Below are positions 35,681-46,439 of a stretch of 64,000 nt of DNA, piece after piece (position 1 is the first letter of the stretch; every line of letters starts with the position of its first letter). Source of the DNA: Psammoneis japonica (lineage: Eukaryota); assembly GCA_008632985.1 (NCBI GenBank), contig QPGO01000164.1, positions 1 to 64,000 on the forward strand, given 5' to 3'. The notes under the pieces are model-generated. The model searched no databases. It had not been told where the DNA came from and saw nothing but the letters and a program-made list of their open reading frames with translations. Both the position numbers and the translations under genes were made by a program.

Positions 35681-37242
35681 CTATTGCTGATCGATTTTCA
35701 AGAGTGCCTTGATCGATTCGACCTGCTGAGCAAGCCGTTTGCGGTCGCTACAGAATGACGCTCGACCAAAATCGATAATTTTGGCACAGTTTGGATCGCT
35801 CTTGCACACGACGAGATTTCGCAGATCAATGTCGCTGTGGAGGACGTCCGCTTCGCTTAGCACTTCAACAGCTCGGACGGCAGACAGCCTGAGCTCATGA
35901 GACAAATTCTCCATCCCAACATCGGCAAAATCATCAAGCTCTTTTTCGACACACGTCATAGCTACACCAAGATGGGTGCTGTACCCACGAAAACAGGGTA
36001 TAACCTCCTTGGCGGCTTTATTTCCTTCAAGGACCTCGTATATTGCCGCTTCGTTTGCCATCTCATCTGCAACATGTCTCTTCCGTGGGTCACTTTGCAG
36101 CTTCACTATGACGGATGGATCTTTTGTCGTTGTGAGCAAAAGGGTATGGTCAGTGTAATCGTAGACATCACACTCCCAAGGGTACAGTGATGCCGCCAGA
36201 TTCTTTTTGCCAACTGCACTCCCGGTCCCTCTTCCACCTTTCCCAGCAGCACTAGTTACGGCCCTCCCTTCATCATGCGAGGGAGAAAACAGTGGCGTGT
36301 TCGAGTCTCTACCTCTCCGTTTTTTCGTTTTTCGTGGAACTTTTGATCCCGACTGCGGATGAAGCAACACATGCTCAAGAATATGATCATCGAAGCCCAC
36401 CATGGTCTTTATTGCCTGCAAAACGGATGGAGACGTCATCTCTTTTTCGAAGACGTGAGAGATTTTCAAAATACCCTGTGGAGTTCGTTTACAAAAGAAA
36501 CAGCGTTCGTACGTGTGAATGATACCGTATCGACGCTTGTCCGCGACCATCTGCCCATAGAACTGGCGTACGAGATGGAAACTTTCTTCTTTTTGACTGG
36601 CCATGATTCTGGAAGGGGTACTTGGTCTTGCATCTTGGCAGCATCAAAACCGTCCGGAATCTCCCACTCGTCAATTATGTCTGCTTCGGTTTCTAAGAAA
36701 GAGAACTTCCAAACTGGCTTGGTTTCGAAAGGCATGAGGTACAATGACACGAGGAGCTCCGTGTTTTCACGACGAACTTGAGTTCTTTTTCCAGGCGGAA
36801 GATATGCGTACTCAGTTATAGGTCCAACCCCAAGTCCGGCATTGTCTATCACTTGAGCAATAAGGTCCGGTTTTCCAACAATCTGTTGATTCTTGAGGAA
36901 ATTGTATGCCACCCGAAAGATCCCATTTCACATAAGAGACTCGTGACAATAAAATCTGTAGGCAATTGGTAACGTCTTCCTCTCTAGACACGGGAGTTAG
37001 GAACTCGGCTGCATTTGCCAGCTGCAGCGCAAATCAAGATCCAGAGTTCGACGGTTTCGAGGGTTTTGCCCTTCGGCTGTCACCAAGTCGACGAAATCAT
37101 CCCACAGCTCCAGCCCAACAGGAGTGTGCGAGTGTGCAGCCCATTCTGTTGATCCCTTACCCTGGCCTGAAGTTGTTACATTCTGGTAGTCCAGCTGAGG
37201 CAGAGGCACATCAATGTGTTGCCAAACCGTTTGCACAGGCAT
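35681..37242 (-). CDS. PD-(D/E)xK nuclease-like domain fused to an atypical protein kinase (Crinkler-like REase-kinase); frame breaks, 5' end uncertain
   Basis: GKPDLIA...PFETKP, RQFYGQM...RYGIIHTYE, then VIVKL, ANEAAIYEVL, VLHSDIDLRNL, IIDFGRA. One added T near 36580 joins the last two ORFs. Confidence 0.6.
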
Positions 37243-38379
37243 GACACCTTACTGTGATGCTGGAGACCGGAGAGAAATCGTCGCACCCGCTTTTCTTCGA
37301 CCATGGAGATGATGTGCGCGCGAGACGATTGGGAGATTGGGAGACACAACACACAATGGGGGACGATTGACAGACTTCCAGCACAAACAATGCTGCACGC
37401 ACATGATTTTTTGAACAGCAGCTGCCCAGACATGCCCCCCAACGTGATGTGTGGCAACACTGCTCCACCCTCTGCCCCCCTGCAATTTTTTGTGGAGGTG
37501 TGTCAGCACCACCATTGCATGTCAGTGCAAGCAGATTCTGGCAGTGTGGCGGGACAGAAGTGTGTGGTGTCAACGTGTGGGCAGCAGATGCCAGCATGTG
37601 AAATTGTTGCTTGCAAGCATCCTGTTCAGCTCAGGATTGAGAAAACAGGGCAAAGGTGCTGTGGCTGGCTCCACATCACTGTTCTCTGCTTCATTGGAGC
37701 TGTTGCAGGTGGCTGAGCACTGGGCATGATCTGAGCATGTTGGAGTGGTCACGGCATTGGCTTGAAGGCAAGCGACATGTGCTGCTGCTCATTGTTTCCA
37801 AGGGATCAGCCACAGAAAGAGCTCTGGGTTTTTGTGTGTGCATGCATCACAAACAACATCACAAAAAGAAAATTTGCAAGTTCACAATTCAGCATGAGTG
37901 GCAGATGTGCTGAACACTGCAGTGTGGAGCAGTCTGCCAAGGGTGTGGGCACTCACTTTGACAGACAAAACAGCATTGGGGTGGCCTCCAAGAGCCAGTT
38001 GGCCATGTGAACCTGTGGCCATGGTGCAGAGACTGGCATTCAAGTCTCCTGTTTTGCCTGACATGCATTTCTCACCTGTTTTGTTGTTTGATTTTGTGTT
38101 GCAGAGGCGCGGCAGTCCCAGCTCAGGCTCTGTCAGCATCGGCACTTCACAGTTGATGTCAACAATGCACTGCAGACACGTGGCACATTGTTGGCCTTTG
38201 TGCCAGTCTGGTGGTGTGTGACAATGGGTTTGCAACTTTGGAGAGCACAGCCATCATGGCAGAAGGAGACAAAATGTGCAGAGCAGGTTGGCAAGCTGCG
38301 CCTGATGGCAGAGCTGTCATTCGGAGACACTGTTCAGACAAAACATTTGAAAGCTTTGGCATGGTGGCTGTGCAATCAT

Positions 38380-38950
38380 CTCAGAAACATGACCTTGGAC
38401 TGATGTGATTGAACTGGACACAAAAGTCAGTGAACTGCCAGCATTCAAACAAGAGGACTTTGACATGATGAAGGGTGCACTCTTGAATGCCTTGGCACAG
38501 AAGATCAGCATGTTGAAGGAGCCATTGCGACATGTGACAGGGCCAGCAGTGGCGCTGGTTGTCTTTGTGAGTGACATTGAGGGTTGAGGAGTGGTGTGTT
38601 GAAAGAGAGATTGCAACATGTGACGGGGCTGGCAGAGACACTGGTTGTCTTTGTGAGCAAAACATTGTTGAGTTTGAATGGGCCAGTTTTCAACTTGGAC
38701 AATTGTGCTGTTTGTCATTCATTCAAAGAAAGCTTGACAAATGTGTGGTGGGATGAACTTGCATCAAGTGGCACAATGCCACAGAGAGTGGGAGAGATGC
38801 ATTTTTGGGGCATGGGTGGGTGACCATTGTTGCAGTGGTCAGGGAGAGCTTGGCAAGTGCACTCAACTTGCATTGGCAAATGTCAGGACCCTGCTGCACC
38901 ACGAGAACAAGACAACCTTGGAGAAAAACAAGGATGAGCAAAGAGGAAGA
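38380..38950 (+). mobile_element. Degenerate diatom-type copia gag-like fragment
   Basis: Relic motifs PL.HV, F.LDN.AVC, W......GRDAF, HC.GQGE resemble diatom copia gag with Tyr replaced by His/Cys; many stops. Confidence 0.4.
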
Positions 38951-39114
38951 TGTTGAATGAGGGTTTGTGCAGAAGTGCCATGGATGTGTCTCTTGACACA
39001 TGATGTGTTCATGCACATTCATGTGTGCTTTGTTCTGCCTGTTTTTCTCCAACAACAACTGCTCTGTTGTTCCCCATTGTTGTTTTTGGCACCACATTGT
39101 ATCTGGTCATTGGC

Positions 39115-39480
39115 ATGATGTGGCAGGCATTTTGGAAAGAAATGGCAAACAAGCAAGGAGCATTGGAATGCTCTCTGGTTCCAAAGATGTGCGAAATGCC
39201 TTCCACCATCTGTGAAATGTGCAACAGTGGCAATGGTGGAACACAGCATCTTGTTCCACAATGCTGGTGAAGAGAAAAAACACCATGTGATTCCCACCAA
39301 CAAGTGTGGATCAGTTTTTGGGCATTGCTCTTTGTGTGGGCAACAAAAAGTGCCAAGGCAAAGATCTGTGATCTTTTGATGCAAAAACTGTTCTCAAACA
39401 TTGCAAAGGAACCAAGGGCTTGTCCTGAGTCCACTGTGACCAGAGTCACCATGGTGTGGCGTGTTAAAACACCCAGTGGC
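39115..39480. repeat. Second hypermutated inverted copy of the segment at about 57420-57790
   Basis: ggcaaacaagcaagg, ccaccatc..tgaaatgt, ggcaacaa.aagtgccaaggc and ttgatgc.aaaactg are colinear with the reverse complement. Confidence 0.75.
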
Positions 39481-40279
39481 AGAGAATGCAGGTGAGTGGT
39501 CCACACAAGAGGGGCACTTGCAAAGAGCCAAAAGAAGGTTCACAAAGATCAAAAATTCTTTGCTCTTCATGGGGAGATGTTTTGACTTGGTGGTCAACTC
39601 CAGCTTCTTCTCCTTTGGTTGCACCACACAAAAAAGGCTGCAAGCTCAAATCTCTCACCAAGAGTTCTTTGTTCCTTCTTGTCTTGAGAGGAACAACCAA
39701 AGAACTTGATGTGAGTCAGTCAACAACGGCTCAAAAACAACATGTGTGTGCACATGCATGACTGGTGCAGCACACAAACATCTCCCCAGCTGACACACAA
39801 TGACAGCTTTCACCATGAGAGTGCAGTCAATGTGCAACAAGGGCACATCTTGGACACATGCAATTCCTTGGGGTTTCTTGCATGTTTGCTGACAACTCCA
39901 CACACAAAGAAATGCCCATGCACATGATGCACCATGATGACCCATGCTGCACGTGCAATGTGCAGTGTTGGAACACTCAGTTGCAGAAAAATGTGGATGA
40001 ACAACCTGTGAAAGGGGTGCTCACAAAGAGCCAAAACAAGGTTTACAAAAAGATTGGCTCAATGGTCAATTTCAATTTTTTTCACACAGCAATGCTGCTT
40101 TGCATTTTTTGTCAGCCTCAAAGCCACGCAGAAAAGGAAAACAACCACAGTGGACAGATGATGAGCAAAAACATTTCCAAAAACACAAGCACCTCTTTCT
40201 GGGAGAGAAGTGGCAAGAAGGGATGAGCAACAGCAACAGTTGCTGGCAACATCTTGATGTGCTCCTTGTGTGTGTTGTT

Positions 40280-40364
40280 GTTGCAGCAGCAATGTGCCGA
40301 CTGCCATTGGTGTCTGGAGGAGCTGGCAGCAGCACAAGAAAGCACAACAAATGCCAACAAGAGC

Positions 40365-40398
<34 letters not shown>

Positions 40399-40950
40399 AC
40401 AACAAGAGAAATCAGAGTTACAAAAAGCACCAGTCATCATCAAAATGGTTGTTTGGGCCTCTTTTTTGTGTGTGCTGTTGCCACATTGCTGACAACTCTG
40501 TGGCTGTTGAATCATCAGGTGACAAGGCAAGGCATGACACTTTGCACAGCAATGTTGAGGCAAGGACATCATGGTGACAACTCATCACAATCTGATGACA
40601 TCAGTGGCAAAAGTTTGCCTCTTCTCTGTGAATGTCTCTGGTCTCCAACCTTCCGTGGTTGCTCCAGAAATGTGGACATTGAGCAACCAGCGGCGCTTGA
40701 GGTGGTCATGGCTGAGAGAATTGCTTGCCTTGGATCCTCATGTTGTGGCACTCCAAGAATGCCCATCTGCAGATTGGGCCTTGCAATTGGCAGCCTTCAA
40801 TGATTGCATGCATCCCGTGCTGGTCATGTTGTCTCTTGTTGTCAAGAAGAATGAGCTCATTTCAGAATGAGCTGTCATTGAGCTGTTGCAGGAGACACCC
40901 ACTGTCATCGTGGCCAAAGTGACACTCTCCAATCACAACTGCATCATCCA
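40280..40950 (+). pseudogene. Hypermutated copy 2 of the TDP2-like EEP gene, with a (CAA)n expansion at about 40364-40400
   Basis: TTREIRVTKSTSHHQNGCLG and VNVSGLQPSVVAPEMWTLS...ELLALDPHVVALQECPSADWA match 56052-57067; 3' truncated. Confidence 0.9.
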
Positions 40951-41331
40951 TGTTTCCCCAGACAGCACCCACCCCACAGTTTGGCAAGGACCATTCTTGC
41001 TCATCTCTTTGGCTGAGAACAGACAGTTGCACTCAAAAATCAGCCCAGCTGGCTGCCGTGGTGCTTGAAGTGCAGAGTGCTCAACCCTGGAGCTCTTCAC
41101 CCTGCAAAGCTCGCAACCTTGTCCTTTCCAACTGTTTTGGTGGTGAAGTCCTTGCCATCAGCCACCGCAGCAACTTTCTCAAACCCCAGTCATTTGCATG
41201 ATGCCAGCTCTGTCTCAGATGAGGAGCCCCTTGTCTGCCAAGTTGGGGAGCTGGCTCATGTGCAATCCCACTTCCCTTGAGTTAAAGGTGTCCACACTCT
41301 GCATTGATGTGTGAATCATTGGAATTTGCCA

Positions 41332-41461
41332 TTGCCTGTTGTTTGTTTGCTCTACAGAGAAAAAGCCGAAGAGAAGATGACATTACAAATAATTTATTGC
41401 CTGTTGTTTGTTTGCTCTTCAGAGAAAAAGCCCAAGAGAAGATGACATTACAAATAATTTA
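41332..41461. repeat. 65-bp tandem duplication downstream of STT3
   Basis: ttgcctgttgtttgtttgctct.cagagaaaaagcc.aagagaagatgacattacaaataattta occurs twice. Confidence 0.9.
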
Positions 41462-41528
41462 TCTAGATGAATTACATGCCGACATGACTATCGCAAACTC
41501 TCAACTACGCTGCGCCAGAAAAAAAGCC

Positions 41529-44500
41529 TTAGCCTTCCAAAACATCGACGGGTGTTTTTCCATTGGCATCTCGATCCATGTGTGGGACGCCAAGCTTCAT
41601 GAGGATCTTGACAATCTCTTGATTACGACTTTCAAACGCCCACCACATCTGTAAACAACGCGACATTTTGAAAACTTTGAGCAACAAACAGAGCAAAAAA
41701 GAAAAGATTAAAACCATCATTGCAGTAGAGACACTCACCGGTCCGCGACCATCTTTGCTTCGAACAAAGGCAAGTGAAGCATCTTCCTCCAGCACTGTCT
41801 TGAGTTCCTCAATTGCATTGGCAGAAATCAACCTCCACATGAGTGTAGTGTCCTCTGTATCTTCCCATCTGCTGTAAAGCTCATCCGTCACAAGAGTCGG
41901 GGGAGCGGAAGGGTCTCCTCCTCCGCCTTGATCACTTGCCCGTTCTTTTTCCATGGCACGTGCCCTCGCCCTTGCGAGTTCGGGATTGTTTAGCGCCTCA
42001 AAGTACTGTTTCTGGTAATCCTCATCACTTTCGCCTCGATTAAAGTCCTCGAGTTGAGCAAAGTCTCTCTTTCGAGCCAAAATGGTGGAGAGGCCGGGCG
42101 GGTACTGGCCAGGGCAAAACCAACTTCCGGGAACATCACACACACGATTCTCTGGCCGAGCCACCCACTCCTTACTTTCCTCCGAGACTCCGAGAATCTT
42201 GAATATCCGAACCTTGCCATACTGGGAACGGAACACTTCTTGAAACTTTTCAGGATCAGCCTCCACGCCCGGCTTTATCTTGTGCCCGTGCAACTTGTAC
42301 AAGAAACTGCGCTCCATCATTTTCGAGGGTGTGCCTCGTCGATCCTGTGATTGTTTCGAATGGATATACAATATAGAAAAAGACGAGTGAGCAAAAACGA
42401 TTTTCATCAAAGACAACAAAGATACATACAACACGATGATTTCGTCGTTTCCTTACAATAAATCCAAACGCACGGCACGTGGGATCTCCGGGACAATGAT
42501 CACGATAGACACTGTTGGCGATACGAGCCAAATGCGGACTCTTGGCAAGGTCGTCTCCGCCACCACCACCCCACACCAAGACGTAGTCGGCCAAGTGGCG
42601 GGCAATCTCGTACCCCTCATCGACATGAGTCGTCAGAGCCTTGCCCAAAAGAGCAATGTGTTCGTGATTCCACGTGTTGCCATCGGCAATGGTGGTACGA
42701 TTGGCAATCGCCGTGATCTGATAACCATAATCCCACCACGCCATGATTCTGGAATCTTCCGGAGTGTTGTCTCGAAGCCACCAGTATGCTTCGCGGTAAT
42801 CATCCACTTGAATGATTTTACCCTCCCTCGTACGTCCCTTCATGATGATCGTGGGATTGGACAACTCGGGCCCGAGTCTCCAGCAGTAGGCAGAGAATTT
42901 CTGCCAAGCAAAGTAAAACCCGACAAGCATGGCAACTGCCAAGACGCGCTTCGTCACAATACCCTCCTTGGAAGCCGACGCTTGATCAAAGGCTTCCTTG
43001 AGAACTTTGAGTCCCTCAAAACTAGATGGACCCGACGATGCTGCGGCTGGCTGCTTCTTTTGCTTTTTCTTTTTCGACTCACTCTTGGTCGCCTTACCAT
43101 TCGTAGCAACGGGCTTGGCGGTTGGAATGTTACTACTACTAGCCTTTTTAGTTTCGTCCTCTTCATTATCCCACAGCTGGCGAATACACCACGCAAAGAT
43201 CCTTCCAACGGCGATTCCGGCCAGCGCACAACCAATGGGAGCCGTCAAGAGAACGAGACGCACCATTTTGTGACTGAAAAAGTACGCCGCAAGGGCCCAG
43301 CACGCGAGAAAACTTGAGGAGTCGCTCAATTGACACAAGACAAAAATAAATCCCACCGGAGCAAGCCAACAGACATTGTGCAGGTACTGAAAATAGGCAC
43401 GGCTCGACGCGGGTTGGTGCTCGGCCACACTATCCACGAGCGGATTGCCCGTTTTGGTGTGTTTGACAAAGAGTCCACGCACCCGAGACGAAATGGGACC
43501 AAAGTATCCGGATGGTGCAGCAAAGTAAATGAGTGCCACCAAGACGACTAGTGCGCCCAACGACACGCGGACGCGAAGCTTCCACGCCTCGGCGCGGCTC
43601 AAGTTTTGACGGCGCTTAATCACTTCACAAAACTGCAAGATCTGGTAACCCAAAAAGACAGCGCAGGGTCCCAATTGCTCAATCGACTTGAGCGGAGCCC
43701 AACCCACAACCGGAACTTGAATGGCCAGTGCCGTACCAATCGTGTAAAAGAGCGTGTAGGACAGATACACCTTGTTGGAAAAGCGTCCAAGCATCACCAA
43801 GACTGCTGCATGAACGCCCACCATGTTGATTACAAAGACATAGCCACCCCACGCGGCCACCATGTAAAAGTAGGCAACTCCCGCAAAATGCTGTAAAGAA
43901 AGGCATACTTGGAATTGTTGCGAAGCGATCGCATCCAAAGATAAAAGGTCAACGTCATGGCCGACACGGCAACCGACTCATTGTCATAGCCACCACCGAC
44001 ACTTCGCATCAAATGCGCCGGCACAATCGCCATCATGCCCATGGCAAACACACCACACTCCACGGCGGGTGACGTTAATCCCATCATGACCTTGCGTACC
44101 ACCGGAGTCGGATTGGTCCGTTGTCCCTGGACGGCATCGACAATAAACCGCAAGAGATTGGAATTGGCATTTTCCGGCACGACGGCTTCGTAGGCAATGA
44201 GTCCCACCATGATGCTGGCCAAACAACCAAACCACGATGGCATGTAGCAGCACACATCGTTGAGGGACATTTTCGTAAAGACGTGATTCTTCAAAAAGAC
44301 AGCCGTAAATTGCATTCCAGGATAAATGGTGGAACCCACCGGACGACCGAGGGGATACCAAACCATGTAATCAAACCAAGTAAAGAATTTTTGAGCGCCG
44401 TGTTCGTAGAGATACTAAAGATGTTGGATGGAGAGAAAGAGGTTGGAAGAGGTGAGTTGAATAAGAGAAATATTGAAATTTTGAATACGAAAATTTAGGA

Positions 44501-44792
44501 TTGAATATAGAATTCAATCGAATCCAATAGAAAGATACGCTCGCAAAAAAGTCGTTTTGCTGTTGCAACCATGACACATTTACACTTCCACGCTCCACGC
44601 ACTCACCTCGGTCGCACGATAGTTGAAATAGGGATCAAACTCATGAATCACCGGACCAACATCTTTGATTGCAAAGAGACGAATCTGATAAGCTGAAATC
44701 AAAAACGTTGCAAACGCATAGAGTGCCGCTCCCAACCACACCAAACCAAACAAGAATTTGGATTCCTCCTTGGAAGAAGGAGTAGCAGCCAT
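41529..44792 (-). CDS. STT3: Oligosaccharyltransferase catalytic subunit STT3 with C-terminal ankyrin-like extension; 4 exons
   Basis: IHEFDPYFNYRAT, GGYDNE, SVAEHQP, WWDYG, ADGNTWN. GT-AG introns at 44606-44415, 42456-42345 and 41738-41649; 1-bp frame break near 43885. Confidence 0.95.
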
Positions 44793-45305
44793 GGCGGTGA
44801 ATTTGTCAATGACTGTGTTGTCGTTGTTGTTGCTTTGTTGTTTACTTGCAGCAGAGCGACGGCGACGAATGACTTGAGAAGGAGCGCAATTGGATGCGAT
44901 CGATGCGACGAAAGACAACACCCACACAACGGCATTGTTATTGCGGTCATTTTTGGCGGCCGTACATTCTACGCATGATTTGTACCAGAAAAGTCACTGC
45001 TAGCTCCGTGTGTGGAAGATGTACCGGAGACTACATGCGCAAGATATTGTACATTTTTTCACGTGGCACATGATCCGGTTATGAGCTCGCGGTGAGCAGC
45101 GCGACTCCGATGACGACAGACGGACGACACGCGTTGAAACACGAAAACGTAAACACGACAGACGAAAAAAAAACGACGATGGTGATGAATCTCATTGCGT
45201 TGTGCGTTGTTGCGTTGTGAACAACGAAAATAGGAAGACACAACTACGGTACCTCATTGCTTCTCCACTCATAGGTTTTCGATACAACCCTTCTCTACGA
45301 TCACC

Positions 45306-45869
45306 ATGTCCTCGTCTTCTTCTTTTGAAATGAATCCAGCCGATCAAAAGGTCATCAAGGCATTGCCGGGCAACACTACGTGCGCCGATTGCGACACACC
45401 ACGTCCCACATGGGCCTCGGTCACACACGGCATTTTGCTTTGCATTGAGCATTCCGGCGTACACCGAAGTTTGGGCACTCACATTTCTTTTGTACGGAGT
45501 TTGGAAATGGATTCATGGAGTGATCAGCAGATTCAAGCCATGAAATTGGGTGGGAACGACAAGTGCAATGAATACCTCCAACAACATGGAATTGATGTCA
45601 AGGGTGATGTACGGAAAAAGTATTCTTCGAAACAGGCACAATTGTACAAGGAAATTTTAAAAGCACGTGTTGAGAATAGACCGGAACCAACGTGTCTGCC
45701 AGAAGAAGCAAATACAACAAAAGCCGATAAAGGACGAAAAAAGATGGAGGGACTCGGTTCATCGCCGCCGCCTACCAACAAAAAGTGGTGGGCCAAGAGG
45801 CCAACCAAAATTGTCGTGGGAGGCGTGGCGGCCGTTGTGGCAATTGTACTCTGTGTCAAGAAGAGATGA
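45306..45869 (+). CDS. Small ArfGAP-domain protein with C-terminal hydrophobic tail
   Basis: LPGNTTCADC...WASV..GILLCIEHSGVHRSLGTHISFVRS, MKLGGN, KYSSK.A..YK. Confidence 0.92.
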   Translation: MSSSSSFEMNPADQKVIKALPGNTTCADCDTPRPTWASVTHGILLCIEHSGVHRSLGTHISFVRSLEMDSWSDQQIQAMKLGGNDKCNEYLQQHGIDVKGDVRKKYSSKQAQLYKEILKARVENRPEPTCLPEEANTTKADKGRKKMEGLGSSPPPTNKKWWAKRPTKIVVGGVAAVVAIVLCVKKR

Positions 45870-46439
45870 TGAAACAAATTCAAGATGAGCTTGACGGACA
45901 GGGTGGGACAAATCATACAAATCTTAGAGTATTAATTGTAGGTTCTTTACATGAATATCTCCACGGACAGTTTTCTCCAATTTCGAATCCATCATGGAAT
46001 GGGGGGTTTGCTTTTTTTCAACAAAAAAAGAAAAAGAAATGCTTGCCGTATGCATCACAAAAGGCCAGGGCATGGGCATTCATGACATTTTGGATCATGG
46101 CGCTTGCCTTTCATACACAATGTGCAAAGTCGAGCCAACATCTTTCCAAACTAGGTACACACCCTCATCCCGATGCAAGCGTTTCCACACATGTTCAGCA
46201 TTATACTCACAAGTCAAAACACTCGGTTTCAAAAATCTGAAAAACGACTTTTTCAATTCAATCTTAAAATTTACACATCTTCATAATGTCAACGGCCATA
46301 TACAAAAAAGCTTGGTCACGCCTGGTTTTCCCTCTTTCAATCCACAACCATGGATGGGGTCATAGAATGTCACTTCACAAAACAATGCAAACATAAAGTT
46401 GCGAGGAAAAAGACACCAGCAGAATCCTGCATGTGTCAC

